64,000 nucleotides of DNA from Amphiscolops sp. MND2022 (taxonomy: Eukaryota): assembly GCA_964187785.1 (NCBI GenBank), contig OZ076409.1, positions 82,710,001-82,774,000 of the forward strand. The letters run 5' to 3'. Below the pieces are notes generated by a model. That model worked only from the letters and a program-made list of their open reading frames with translations, was not told the DNA's origin and searched no databases. Position numbers and translations under genes: made by a program. Below are positions 13,401 through 23,700 of the stretch, one piece after another (within the stretch, counting starts at the first letter, position 1; every line of letters starts with the position of its first letter).

Positions 13401-14805
13401 CAATTGATCTCCCAATTAAACTACAGAGTTATTTTCGAGTTTCCTTACAACTAGTCCAATATAGTTTGAACCATTAGTTCATACCACCTTCAGGACTGTC
13501 TATCAGTTTCTTTAATCTAATCAGTATTGGATATTTTGTTGAATTTATTCTAAAATATATGTATTTTGAACAATGTTCGAACACTTAAGCACGTTCTTCC
13601 TGCTTCAAAATCATCTCCGAGCGCCTGTGTCTGTCTCTTTGAGTTTCCAGCTTGCTCAGTCAAAGACATGTCATTCATCCATTTCAGACAAGTTGGGCTA
13701 ATCTTTGGTGCTCAAATATGTGATTATTACATACAGATCGCTGCAGTTGACCCAAATTTATTTGGCACACAAATTTGGCTGGAAATTCAGTCTTACGGAT
13801 TATTTTGTAAATTTGGAGCATTCTTGATACTTGATCTCAAGGTGTAACCATATTTTTGGCTCTTTTTACACGTTTTCCCCATAGGGTATAGAATCTGAAG
13901 AAACTTATTCTTCAATGAAGCGGATATAATCCCAAATTTGAGTGAAATGAGTAAAATAAGGCTATTGGTCAGTAACACAAGGTACTTCTGAACTGACATT
14001 CTTGATTGTCTGTGAACATGACATTTTAATTACTTTCATAGCTTTGTGAAATCGTTTTTGTAAGCTTTTGACTGGAACTGATAACTTCATTTCTATGCTT
14101 ACAATAGTTGTGCCTTCGCTCAGGAAGAGATCGCGATAAAGGATCTTGTCCGCTACCAAAGCAACAAAGCAACTCTATTCAGTTGAGCACTCAGCGTTTG
14201 AGTTTATTCAGATGTTCAAGTATTTAGATTAGTTTTTTGGAGTCTTTCTTAAATTGACATGCCAGGACTGCATAAGTGGGCGCCCCGCGCTCTGCATGTG
14301 AAACAAATTATGTTTATCAAGTACTATCTGTAATCAAATGCTACAAATCAGTGAACGATACATTAAAAAGAAATTTTCATTCAAAAAGCAACATTATCAA
14401 AAATACAACAAACAACAGTTCATGTTTTGGAGAAATAGCTAAATGATAACAGTTTGTGACGTCTGGTGCACCCTATTTGCAAAAGCAGCATGTACTTACA
14501 AAAGGAGCGTAATATGTCGCATCCTTGAACTTTTTTCAGAAATGATATCCTAGACGTTTCCCCGCATGCGGCAACCTGTGACAAACTAAAACCGTTTTAG
14601 TTTGTCACAGGTTGCCACATGCGGGGAAACGTCTAGGATATCATGGTGACCATCTAGTGTGAAAAATGTGTTACAGCTCAGCGAGGTTTGCTATTATAAG
14701 AGAAAAGGTGGATCTTTCATTCTTATATTCTCAATTCTCAATGGTTCTCATTCTCAGTGAGAACACAACATTATGAAAGTCAAGAAGTAGTAATACATTT
14801 ATGAG
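10483..14805. repeat. Tandem duplication, copy 2 (4323 bp)
   Basis: Junction ...TACATTTATGAG|TAAAGCATTG at 10482/10483. Differs from copy 1 mainly in or next to homopolymer runs. Confidence 0.97.
14542..14644. repeat. Second copy of the 103-bp palindrome
   Basis: Identical to 10219-10321, inside duplication copy 2. Confidence 0.97.
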
Positions 14806-14888
14806 TCACTTCAGTTTAGTTGTTATGAGTCACTTCAGTGACAGCTATTTATTTCAGTATTTCAGATTTATTTAACAGAAAAATTAAA

Positions 14889-15197
14889 ATGAAAAGTCAT
14901 AAATCAAAATATTTTTCTTCAATCCTTTGTTTACTCATTTTTGTTGTGATCCTCTTGAAAAAGGATGCATCATACACCTGGCTCCAAAACTCACTTCCCT
15001 TATCGACATCGATTTTGGATCTGGACAACTTCAATCGAGATCCGGAAGTTCCCTATGTAGCTCCAGATCTTCCAATAAAAGTTCAGAAATACGATCATGG
15101 AAAACGAGATATTGAGATCTTCGCTGCGCTCTGCGACGAACGAATGATGTCATTCTCTAACCGAACAGGGATTATCAGAAAAGTCTTTTCATGTTAA
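14889..15197 (+). pseudogene. Possible decayed host gene fragment with an N-terminal signal-anchor (type II membrane-like)
   Basis: TATTTCAG acceptor-like site just upstream. MKSHKSKYFSSILCLLIFVVILLKK has a basic/hydrophobic/basic pattern. Stops follow after ~100 aa and no family is recognised. Confidence 0.3.
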
Positions 15198-15844
15198 AAT
15201 GTTAAGGGCATAGTTTCACTTGATGAAGTTGCTTTTGTACAGCAATGATAATCCTCGTAGAGCAAGGAAAAACAAAATTAACCCTTGATTGAATACATAA
15301 GTACTATTTAATCGAACAAAAAGTGGACCAAAACTGTTGAACAAATCATTAAGATTGTGTATTGAGAATTTCTAGACGAATACTAGCACGAGCAATAGTT
15401 TTTTACGCCAAAGTAGATCAAATTATCTGTGAGACTATGTTGTCGAGTGATTCAGAATTGGAGAAAGTCAACTGAATGAGTGAGAAAGAAGTTGGTAGAA
15501 TGCCCGCTTCAGTACAAAAACACTGTCTTTCAAAAATGCTCAGGAGTTATTTGGTACAAATACAAGTAGTCTCACACTGCAAAACCAAAAAAGTGAAGTT
15601 TGGATGCTTTGGTGTTTTATTTATCTGGTGAAAACGATCAAAAAATGATTCAGCCCGATGCCTAAAAATTCGCTTTCACCGCCAAGACAAATGGCAAGCG
15701 ATTCTAGGGGCTATTGGCAAAAACAGCTGAAGGAAAACAAAAAACCCTCTGCTAAAATTAGGATTTTTCATTGTTTATGAAAAGTAAAAAATGATAATAC
15801 TTGAGTTGTTATTCGACGTTTTCTTGGTAGTTCTGTCCTTACGA

Positions 15845-16008
15845 TCAGCTCTGGTTTTCAGTCTGCAATTCATGAAGTGAAACGCGACTATAATAGTGAC
15901 ACTTTTTTCATTCCACGCGAATTGACTAAAAAAGGTCTACAAAAAGTTCCACAAAACATACAATATCGGACGAGCCTATAAGGTACCTTTCGTTTTCTCG
16001 GCACTGTG
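15845..16008 (+). repeat. 164-bp direct repeat, copy 1
   Basis: Identical by eye to 16745-16908 (offset 900). Confidence 0.95.
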
Positions 16009-16744
16009 TGTAATGTCAACCACCTAGCAGAGTACATCATAGAAGTGGGACAATGCCTAGATTGCTTGAACAGGAGACCAGTGTCTTACTACAACCTAGA
16101 CATTAGTTTTTAATCCCAAAATGGTCTCCTAAAAGGGACTTTTCCTATACGTCTAAGGAGTCTCCTCAGTTAGAGCTCCGAGGCGACGTGCCGGCTCTCT
16201 CAAAGTCCGGACACGTCCCACAAGCCTGTAAAACAATTCCTAATGTTCCTGCGTGTTTCTACATACCTCCGAGGTCCAAAAACAGGGGTTTAGCCAAAGT
16301 ACATTCAATTAGTGAATAACGTCTAAACTGGGTGAAATAAGGGGTAAAACATCACCAAACATCTACAAAAACCGCAAATATGGTACAATAGATTCAGAAA
16401 ACATCAGGCGTCAGTGTCAGCGAGCCTTGGTCTTGGACCTACTAGGTGGCACATGCAAAATATGCAAACTTCTGAGTTTCTTCATCTCTTGGGCCATTCT
16501 TTGGGTTCTGCTGGCAGCTGGGACGTCTTCCGAGGGAGATGGCGCAACACGGCGATTTCGGGGATACTTCTGTGACGGTGTGTTCTCTCTCGCGTAGGGT
16601 GGGGGGGGGTTGTCTGCACTATTTTCCATCATCCTTTTCAATTTCCAGTACCTGTCAGGTCGGCCATCTTGATTTAGAAATTTTGCTATCGCACATTTCA
16701 TCGAATTTTTGTGACGTCTTTTGCTGGACGTTACATCCGTTACA
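16009..16744. mobile_element. Solo-LTR-like unit (~730 bp)
   Basis: Starts TGTAATGTC and ends GACGTTACA (16735), followed by a 9-bp stutter CGTTACATC giving a second TTACA at 16744. TG...CA termini with short inverted repeats. Confidence 0.6.
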
Positions 16745-16908
16745 TCAGCTCTGGTTTTCAGTCTGCAATTCATGAAGTGAAACGCGACTATAATAGTGAC
16801 ACTTTTTTCATTCCACGCGAATTGACTAAAAAAGGTCTACAAAAAGTTCCACAAAACATACAATATCGGACGAGCCTATAAGGTACCTTTCGTTTTCTCG
16901 GCACTGTG
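16745..16908 (+). repeat. 164-bp direct repeat, copy 2
   Basis: Identical by eye to 15845-16008. Confidence 0.95.
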
Positions 16909-17130
16909 AGACTTTTTTCGGAAATTTTTTCAATGTCTCCAGAGGGTCCCCTTTCTGTTTTTTTTCTGATATTTTGCGAAAGAATGGTTGAAAAAACCCA
17001 AAGGGTCCCCCCAGCACGTCAGTTCGGTCCTCTTCTGGGTACAGTGGAAGAGAATACTTGACACTTTGATACCTTTTTGTTATCTTTGAGCCTTAAGCGG
17101 GGCGCCGACTTATGCCGTTCCCGACTTGCT
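16890..17130 (+). repeat. Copy of the dispersed repeat seen at 5625-5910
   Basis: Shares AGGGTCCCC blocks and the terminal TTGAGCCTTA...GGCGCCGACTT...CTTG motif. Confidence 0.6.
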
Positions 17131-17288
17131 AAGTCTACTACCACCCTATCACCTCCATTTGTCAATAAACGATTCTTGTACGGCTTTCACTTTCTCCTTA
17201 TAAGATCACAGTAAAACCCGATTTGATTGAACAAAAAACCTTTTCGATAAGCAAGGGCCTTCTGTGATATAATTGTTGTGAACATTGG

Positions 17289-19642
17289 TGTCACGACCCG
17301 CTCCCGGTCGTGGGTGTGAATGGTGTTTTGCCCTAGGAAGAGGCAGAGGAAGGGGATACTGCAAGTACCATTAAAATACCAACTAAATTAATATAATTCT
17401 ACTTACAGTGCAGCTAAGATTATTTCGTAGATAATTTTTCAGAATAAGACCTAACGCATGCGTCACGGAATATTTTAAGAAATGATTTTTAGCTAAAACT
17501 TCCGGTTAAGAGATTTCACGCTTAATAGATTTTCTAAATCCGGTTTAATCTTCTGAAGTTCGCCATACTAATCTAAATACCAAAATAGACATTTAACAAC
17601 AGGGATTTTTCTTCAGTTCCACACTAAAATAAAACACATTTAAAATCCCGCAATCCCAACGGAATCCATACGATCTAAAAAGAAAAAATACATAAAAGAC
17701 AGAGTTGTTTTGGTTCTTTCTGTGATAAAGTAGTTGTCAATACCCACTTAAGGCGCAGTCAAGTGACTTGAGAGAGGATTTACAACGTAATGACGGCGTC
17801 ACTCTACTGAGCTAAAATTAGATATTCCACTTTTGCGGACTAATAACGTCACCTCCTCGGCAGGACTATTCTTAGCTAGCGCGAGCGGTATTAAATTCGG
17901 TTGCCCCTAGCAACGCCAATCAGAATAAGAGAGAAAGAATGAATTCGCCTACGCGTTCCGCTCGCTTTCCGTTCACTCTGACCTACTAGCTATAAGCAAT
18001 CTTTACACGTACGTAGCAGTTACGTGGCGAATTGTAAACTTGTAGTGCACCGCTCTACTATAAGCAATCTTAATACGTACGGAGCATTTACGGAGTGGTT
18101 TGAGAACATATAGTTAGGAAATAATGGAACGAATGAAAGTTTAAGAGAATTTGTTCCTGATTCGTTATAAGCTAAGGAATTTCTTGATTAGGTTTTAGAT
18201 GAAAACAGCTGCATTGTAAGGAAGAATCATGAGAAGAACAAAGTTGTAATGTCCTGAATTCTATACTAATTTATTACGCCATTGCTGTATCTCTTAAATA
18301 CTATATTACGGAGTGTACCCGTAATTCATACCGATACTTTCTTTGCAGTTTATGATGAGTTGATGACGATGAATTTTGCACTAATCCTCGTAAACCTACG
18401 TCATGTTTTCTGTATAATAATGGTTGTATTATTCAGGATCTAATTCCAAGCCACGGAGCGTATACGTAAATTATACTAATGTTCGTTTGATGCTAAGTTT
18501 ATAACCTAACCCTAAATATGATGATGAATGTATGATCCCGAAAACAATTTCGGATTTGTACCAGTTTTGAAATGCCTTTGTTACATTGTTTTATTTTTAT
18601 TCTTGAGCTGTTGCAGTTAGATAGTATTTGGGACACGATACGGAGTATTCCCGTAACCCAAATCAATTGTTATGTTGGATTTCATGTTTGTTGTGTACTG
18701 AAGTCAATCTGCCTTAATGCCCATCAGCATCATTTGTTTCTCTTTTCAAATATTCTAAACGGCGAATTTTCTGCGACGTATCGTTTCCGTCACCATTTTT
18801 GAGTGTCATCTTTTTCTTCAAAATTCCAACTTCTTGAGTTGGATTTTGACTAATAGTTCACGCCGGCGTGCTTACGCTGATGAAAATGTCAGTTAGACTT
18901 CCATTTTACCGCGATTTTGAAGATCAAACAGGAAATGGATTATCTGAACAAAAATGATTTCAACAGAGTCTCACGGAATGTTGACGTAACTAGGAATTTC
19001 GATACCTGAATTTATGACGCCAGACTGAACTAATTTGAATCATTAGCGATTTTTGTTGAACAAACCCGATTTTTAAGATTCCTAGGAATTTTTAGGTGAG
19101 GAACAAATGATGCTAAGAAGGTATAAATAAGTAGAAAGGACATGTAATTTTAGTTGATCTTGAATTTGTTTCAAAACTTTGTTGCTGGTTGTAATTACGA
19201 AAACTCAAAATTTCTTTGAAGAATTTAATTCTTGCCAAAGACTCTGATATCTCAATTTTGAAAATGACGACAAGGAGCCAGAAGAGAAAAGCTATAGCTG
19301 AGTTAGTTTCAGGAGATTTTGAAGCTTCCCTAGCTGAAAACAACTCTACTGAAAACCTGATACCTAGTTCTAGTAAAAATCCTAGACTTGAGCTTGAAAA
19401 CCTGGAGGAAATAAAAACAACTCTGAGAAAAGAGATAATGACTGATCTAACAAAGCTATTAGCCGAAAATCAAAAGGAAATGCTCAAATTAATAGCACCT
19501 GCGAGCAAGAAACGCTCAGTTAATTCGAACATACAAGATTCTGATTCTGACCAAGAAAACATCTCCGTAGCGAGAACGTCCACCCCAGTCAAAACGCAAA
19601 CTGCGACTAGTTCTAAAACGACACCGAACAATAGTCGTAACA
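17289..19642 (+). repeat. 5' LTR of element B
   Basis: TGTCACGAC...GTCGTAACA. Direct repeat of 31431-33784; about 16 substitutions counted by eye. Confidence 0.98.
19122..19128 (+). promoter_or_regulatory. LTR TATA box
   Basis: GGTATAAATA ~140 bp upstream of the gag ATG; the same motif lies at an equivalent position in the A LTR (3549). Confidence 0.65.
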
Positions 19643-20673
19643 TGGTGACAGGAGTCCTCAATGATTCCACTAACCAACCCACCAAAAGACCAAAAGCACA
19701 ACGTATACTCAGCGAACAACCAAAAGACCGACCATCCACGTCAAAGATACTGTTCGCACCACAACCGCAGACATTCCCATCTGCCCACCTACTTCCGATG
19801 CCGAAAGCACTCACAGCTTCGCTTCCAGTTTTTGATGGTAAGTCCGAAAAATTTGAACTTTTTGAGGACTTGTTCCGAAACAATATTAAAATGTATCCCC
19901 ACTTGACGGAAATCCAAAAAATCAATTACTTCCACTCACTACTACGTGGGAACGCACTCCAAGCGTACTGCAACCTAGACGACACTAAAAAAGACAATCT
20001 GGAAGAAGTCATAACGGCTTTCAAACGACGTTTTGGCGATTTTCAATCCTCTGCCAAAGCAAGATGCGAGTGGGATGCACTCCACTTTGATCCCACCAAA
20101 CAAAAACTACACGAATTCCTTGATGTCCTACAAAAAACCGCGAAAGAAGCGTTTGGCTCTGAAGCACAGAAATTCATCGACAAGGCAATCTACGCCAAAA
20201 TGCCCGACCACGTAAAAAAGATACTCAACAGGGCATACTTGGAGGATAAACCCTACAATGATATAATTCTCCACCTCGAAAGGGAAATGCGATTAAACGG
20301 ACTAGGAGCGCCCGATGAAACCACCCTAGTCCCACTCAACACAGTGGACGCTGTAGTGACGGAAGACAAAAAAGACCAACAACAACGAGGTCATTGTTTC
20401 CACTGCGGAAAATACGGCCACTATAAAGCACAGTGTCGCAGGCTCCAGAGAGAACGCTACAACAACGCCAAACCTCCTACCAAAGACTTAAACCAAAGCG
20501 AAGCCCCCAAGCCCAAGTGCAATACATGCGGCAAAATGCATAAAACCGAGAATTGTTGGAACGGAGCAAATGCGGCAAATGACCCCAGACGAAAGAAGAG
20601 GGAATTCACCATCCCCACGGACAAAATCAGTGAAGCCCCTGTCCCCACCGCCAACACCCAAACAAAAAACTAA
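19264..20673 (+). CDS. gag: Gag (469 aa) starting inside the 5' LTR
   Basis: ATG at 19264; capsid-like LPVFDGKSEKF region; zinc knuckles CFHCGKYGHYKAQC and CNTCGKMHKTENC. Confidence 0.93.
   Translation: MTTRSQKRKAIAELVSGDFEASLAENNSTENLIPSSSKNPRLELENLEEIKTTLRKEIMTDLTKLLAENQKEMLKLIAPASKKRSVNSNIQDSDSDQENISVARTSTPVKTQTATSSKTTPNNSRNMVTGVLNDSTNQPTKRPKAQRILSEQPKDRPSTSKILFAPQPQTFPSAHLLPMPKALTASLPVFDGKSEKFELFEDLFRNNIKMYPHLTEIQKINYFHSLLRGNALQAYCNLDDTKKDNLEEVITAFKRRFGDFQSSAKARCEWDALHFDPTKQKLHEFLDVLQKTAKEAFGSEAQKFIDKAIYAKMPDHVKKILNRAYLEDKPYNDIILHLEREMRLNGLGAPDETTLVPLNTVDAVVTEDKKDQQQRGHCFHCGKYGHYKAQCRRLQRERYNNAKPPTKDLNQSEAPKPKCNTCGKMHKTENCWNGANAANDPRRKKREFTIPTDKISEAPVPTANTQTKN
19643..19655 (+). promoter_or_regulatory. 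Primer binding site, tRNA-Leu-like
   Basis: TGGTGACAGGAGT directly after the LTR CA; one mismatch to the complement of the common tRNA-Leu 3' end as recalled (TGGTGTCAGGAGT). Confidence 0.75.
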
Positions 20674-20717
20674 AATCGCCGCGTCTACGGTTCGGGGAAA
20701 AAGTAGACGCGAGGGCG
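20664..20717 (+). promoter_or_regulatory. -1 ribosomal frameshift signal (slippery heptamer plus stem-loop)
   Basis: A AAA AAC (20664-20670) in the gag frame before TAA. Stem CGCGTCTAC (20680-20688) pairs with GTAGACGCG (20703-20711). The -1 frame is open into pol. Confidence 0.9.
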
Positions 20718-23700
20718 TACACCATCGAAGACCCCCCAAATAGATACGAGGAAGATTTCTTCACAGAATGCAACGAAGAACCGACACAGGACTGGCAACG
20801 TCGTTGGAACGTAGGCATGATACTTAGACACAATGCACGACACCCAGAAGACCCAACACCACTACCCCAATGGATAACGGAGTCGCCTGACAATTATGCC
20901 ACACTGAAACGACCTCTGTCAGAATCCAAAACCGAACGAACATACATATATGACGTGGACTATAGATGTGATCCTTGGGACAACCCCCACATATACGATC
21001 ACAACAAACTCGCTTTCAAAATCCAGATACCAAACCCACAGCCCCAGCCCAGAGAAACACATCATTTTCCACCACCGCCCTCACCGATATTGAAGAACTC
21101 AGGACCTTCCCCAACAGTGCCCGTCACCGTCACGTCCACACCCATAAATGCAGAGGACATCATCTGCATCGAAGATAAAACGTTGTGGCAACAGAAGCCT
21201 GAAGAACCAACCATTGATTCATCATCTCCACCGCCCACACAAACAGCACCAGCCACAGCGATCACGGAAAGCAACGATGCAGAAATAGAATACCCAACAT
21301 CACTACCCGACGACCTAGACGTCATCAAGGAATTCATACAACATGACAAAGATGACGACTACATTCCGCTAATGTCAGCAATTACACTGAAAAAGAAAAA
21401 ACGAATGCTTTTCTTACCAGTAGACTTCAATTCCGTCAAAATAGACGCCCTCGTCGACTCAGGTGCATACATCAATGCCATTAGCGAAAGAGACGCCGAA
21501 AAACTCCGACAAGATGCAAACCAGTGTATCATACACAAAGCACCCCCACCCCCTTTCAAGGTACAATATGCTAATGCTGAACTTGAGCAACCTCTGGCAA
21601 CGTATACATTACGTTTCAAAATTGGCAACTATACCTTTGAGGAAACGTTCATTGTCATGAACCAGATGTCTTTCCCCATCATCGGACTAGCATTCCTACG
21701 GAAACATGCCGCAATTCTTGACACTGCGCAGGGAACAATTGACTTCCCGAAGATTCAAATTACGATGGCACTCACAGACGAAATGCAAAAATGCAATCTG
21801 AAACCCATCACAATTAAAACAGAAGCGAAACATACTATACCAGCACAAGCAACGCGAATAACATACGCAGCGATACCCGTGACTACAGAACACACCATCA
21901 CAGGAACAATCCAGCCCCTACCACAATTCGATGAAAACTCAAAACTAATAGTAGCCCCAGCAATCACAACAGCCAGAAGCAAGATAGTAGCAATCAAGGT
22001 CGCCAACACAACAGACTTCCCCTATACGATAGCTCCAGACACCAAGATCGCGGAACTACAAATCCTCAAACCAGAAGAAACGAAACTGATACGGCCTGTA
22101 GACATCGCTGCACTCAACCTTCTAACAGAGCACGACGATGTAGTCACATACATCAACGCACTCATGCAAGTCGACAAACCCGAAGACATTGAAGGAAAAT
22201 TCTGGTTCCCAACCCCAGACAACCCTGGCAATGAACAAGAACACACTGCCATACAAAAACGAATTTTGAAAGAACTACGAGAACTTGCCGAACTAGAAAA
22301 ACTAGATCCAACCGAAAACGCTGAATCTCGACACAAATTTCTTTCGTTATTCAAATGGACTGACTCACTAATTACGGGCAAAGACCGTGAAAGCCTTGAA
22401 AGCACATTAGTCGAATTTAACGACATATTTGCCCGCCACCGTCTCGACATCGGAATGAACACGCAATTCAAAGTCAGCCTCACACCAAAAGATGATAAAC
22501 CAGTATACACCCAGAGCCTAACAGTCCCAATCAATCTCAAAGAAGACCTGACAGTAGAGCTGGCCCTCATGCACAAATACGGCATCATTACAACGCTCCC
22601 TTTTTCCAAATACGCCAGCCCCATATTTGCGCAACGAAAACCCAACGGCAAACTGAGACTCCTGGTAGACCTACGAAAAATCAACGCACTCATCGCAGAC
22701 GACTACATCAACAACAACCACCCCGTCAGCACCCTCTCAGATGCGGCACAACACCTAGCAGGGAAGAAACTTTTCTGCAAACTCGACTGCTCCCAAGCGT
22801 ACCACTGCCTTCAAATGGCAGATCAAAGGTCAGTAGAATTACTTGCTTTTAACTTTGCTAGTAGAACGTTCGCCTACCGGCGCCTGGCCCAAGGACTGAG
22901 CAGAGCCCTCTCAGCCTTCTCAAGCTTCATGCGAGAGTACCTCGACGCAGTCATCAAAGCAGATCAGTGCGCACAGTATGTAGACGACATTGGTATTGCC
23001 GCAAATACGACGGAACAACTCATCAAGAACATTAGAGCAGTTTTCAAATGCATCAGAGAAGCAGGCCTGAAATTGACAATCGAAAAATGTCATTTCGGAG
23101 TTACACAAGTTGAATTCCTCGGCAGAACCATCACCCCAGACGGAATAGCCCCGCAAGACCAGAAAGTCAAAAACTTCCTTTCTAAAGTCCGATTCCCCAA
23201 GTCCAAAAAACAGGTTCAAAAATACATCGGATTCGTCAATTATTATCGCAATTACATACCCCGCCTGTTTGAAAAACTCATAGGCATGTACGAACTCCTA
23301 AAGGCCGACGCCAAGATCAAAATATCCGAAGAACTCGTCGACAACTTCAAAGAAATCAATGACAGCCTAGCAGAAGCATGTGGCCTCGCGCTCCGACAAC
23401 CCCTAGCAGGAAAGCAATACGTTCTCATGACAGACGCAAGTTTTCGCGCATCTGGCTATGCCCTCATGATAGAAGAAAACGATGAAAAGAAAATACTATC
23501 CAAAAAGAAAACCTTCGCACCTGTCGCGTTTGGATCCCGTGTTTTTTCACCAGCCCAACTGAAAATGTCAATCTACTGCAAAGAATTTCTAGCCATATAT
23601 CACGCTTTCCTCGAATACAGCCACATATTATGGGAAACGACAATACCGACACTAGTTTTAACCGACAACCGTTCGGTCACACGATTTTTCCAAACGAAAA

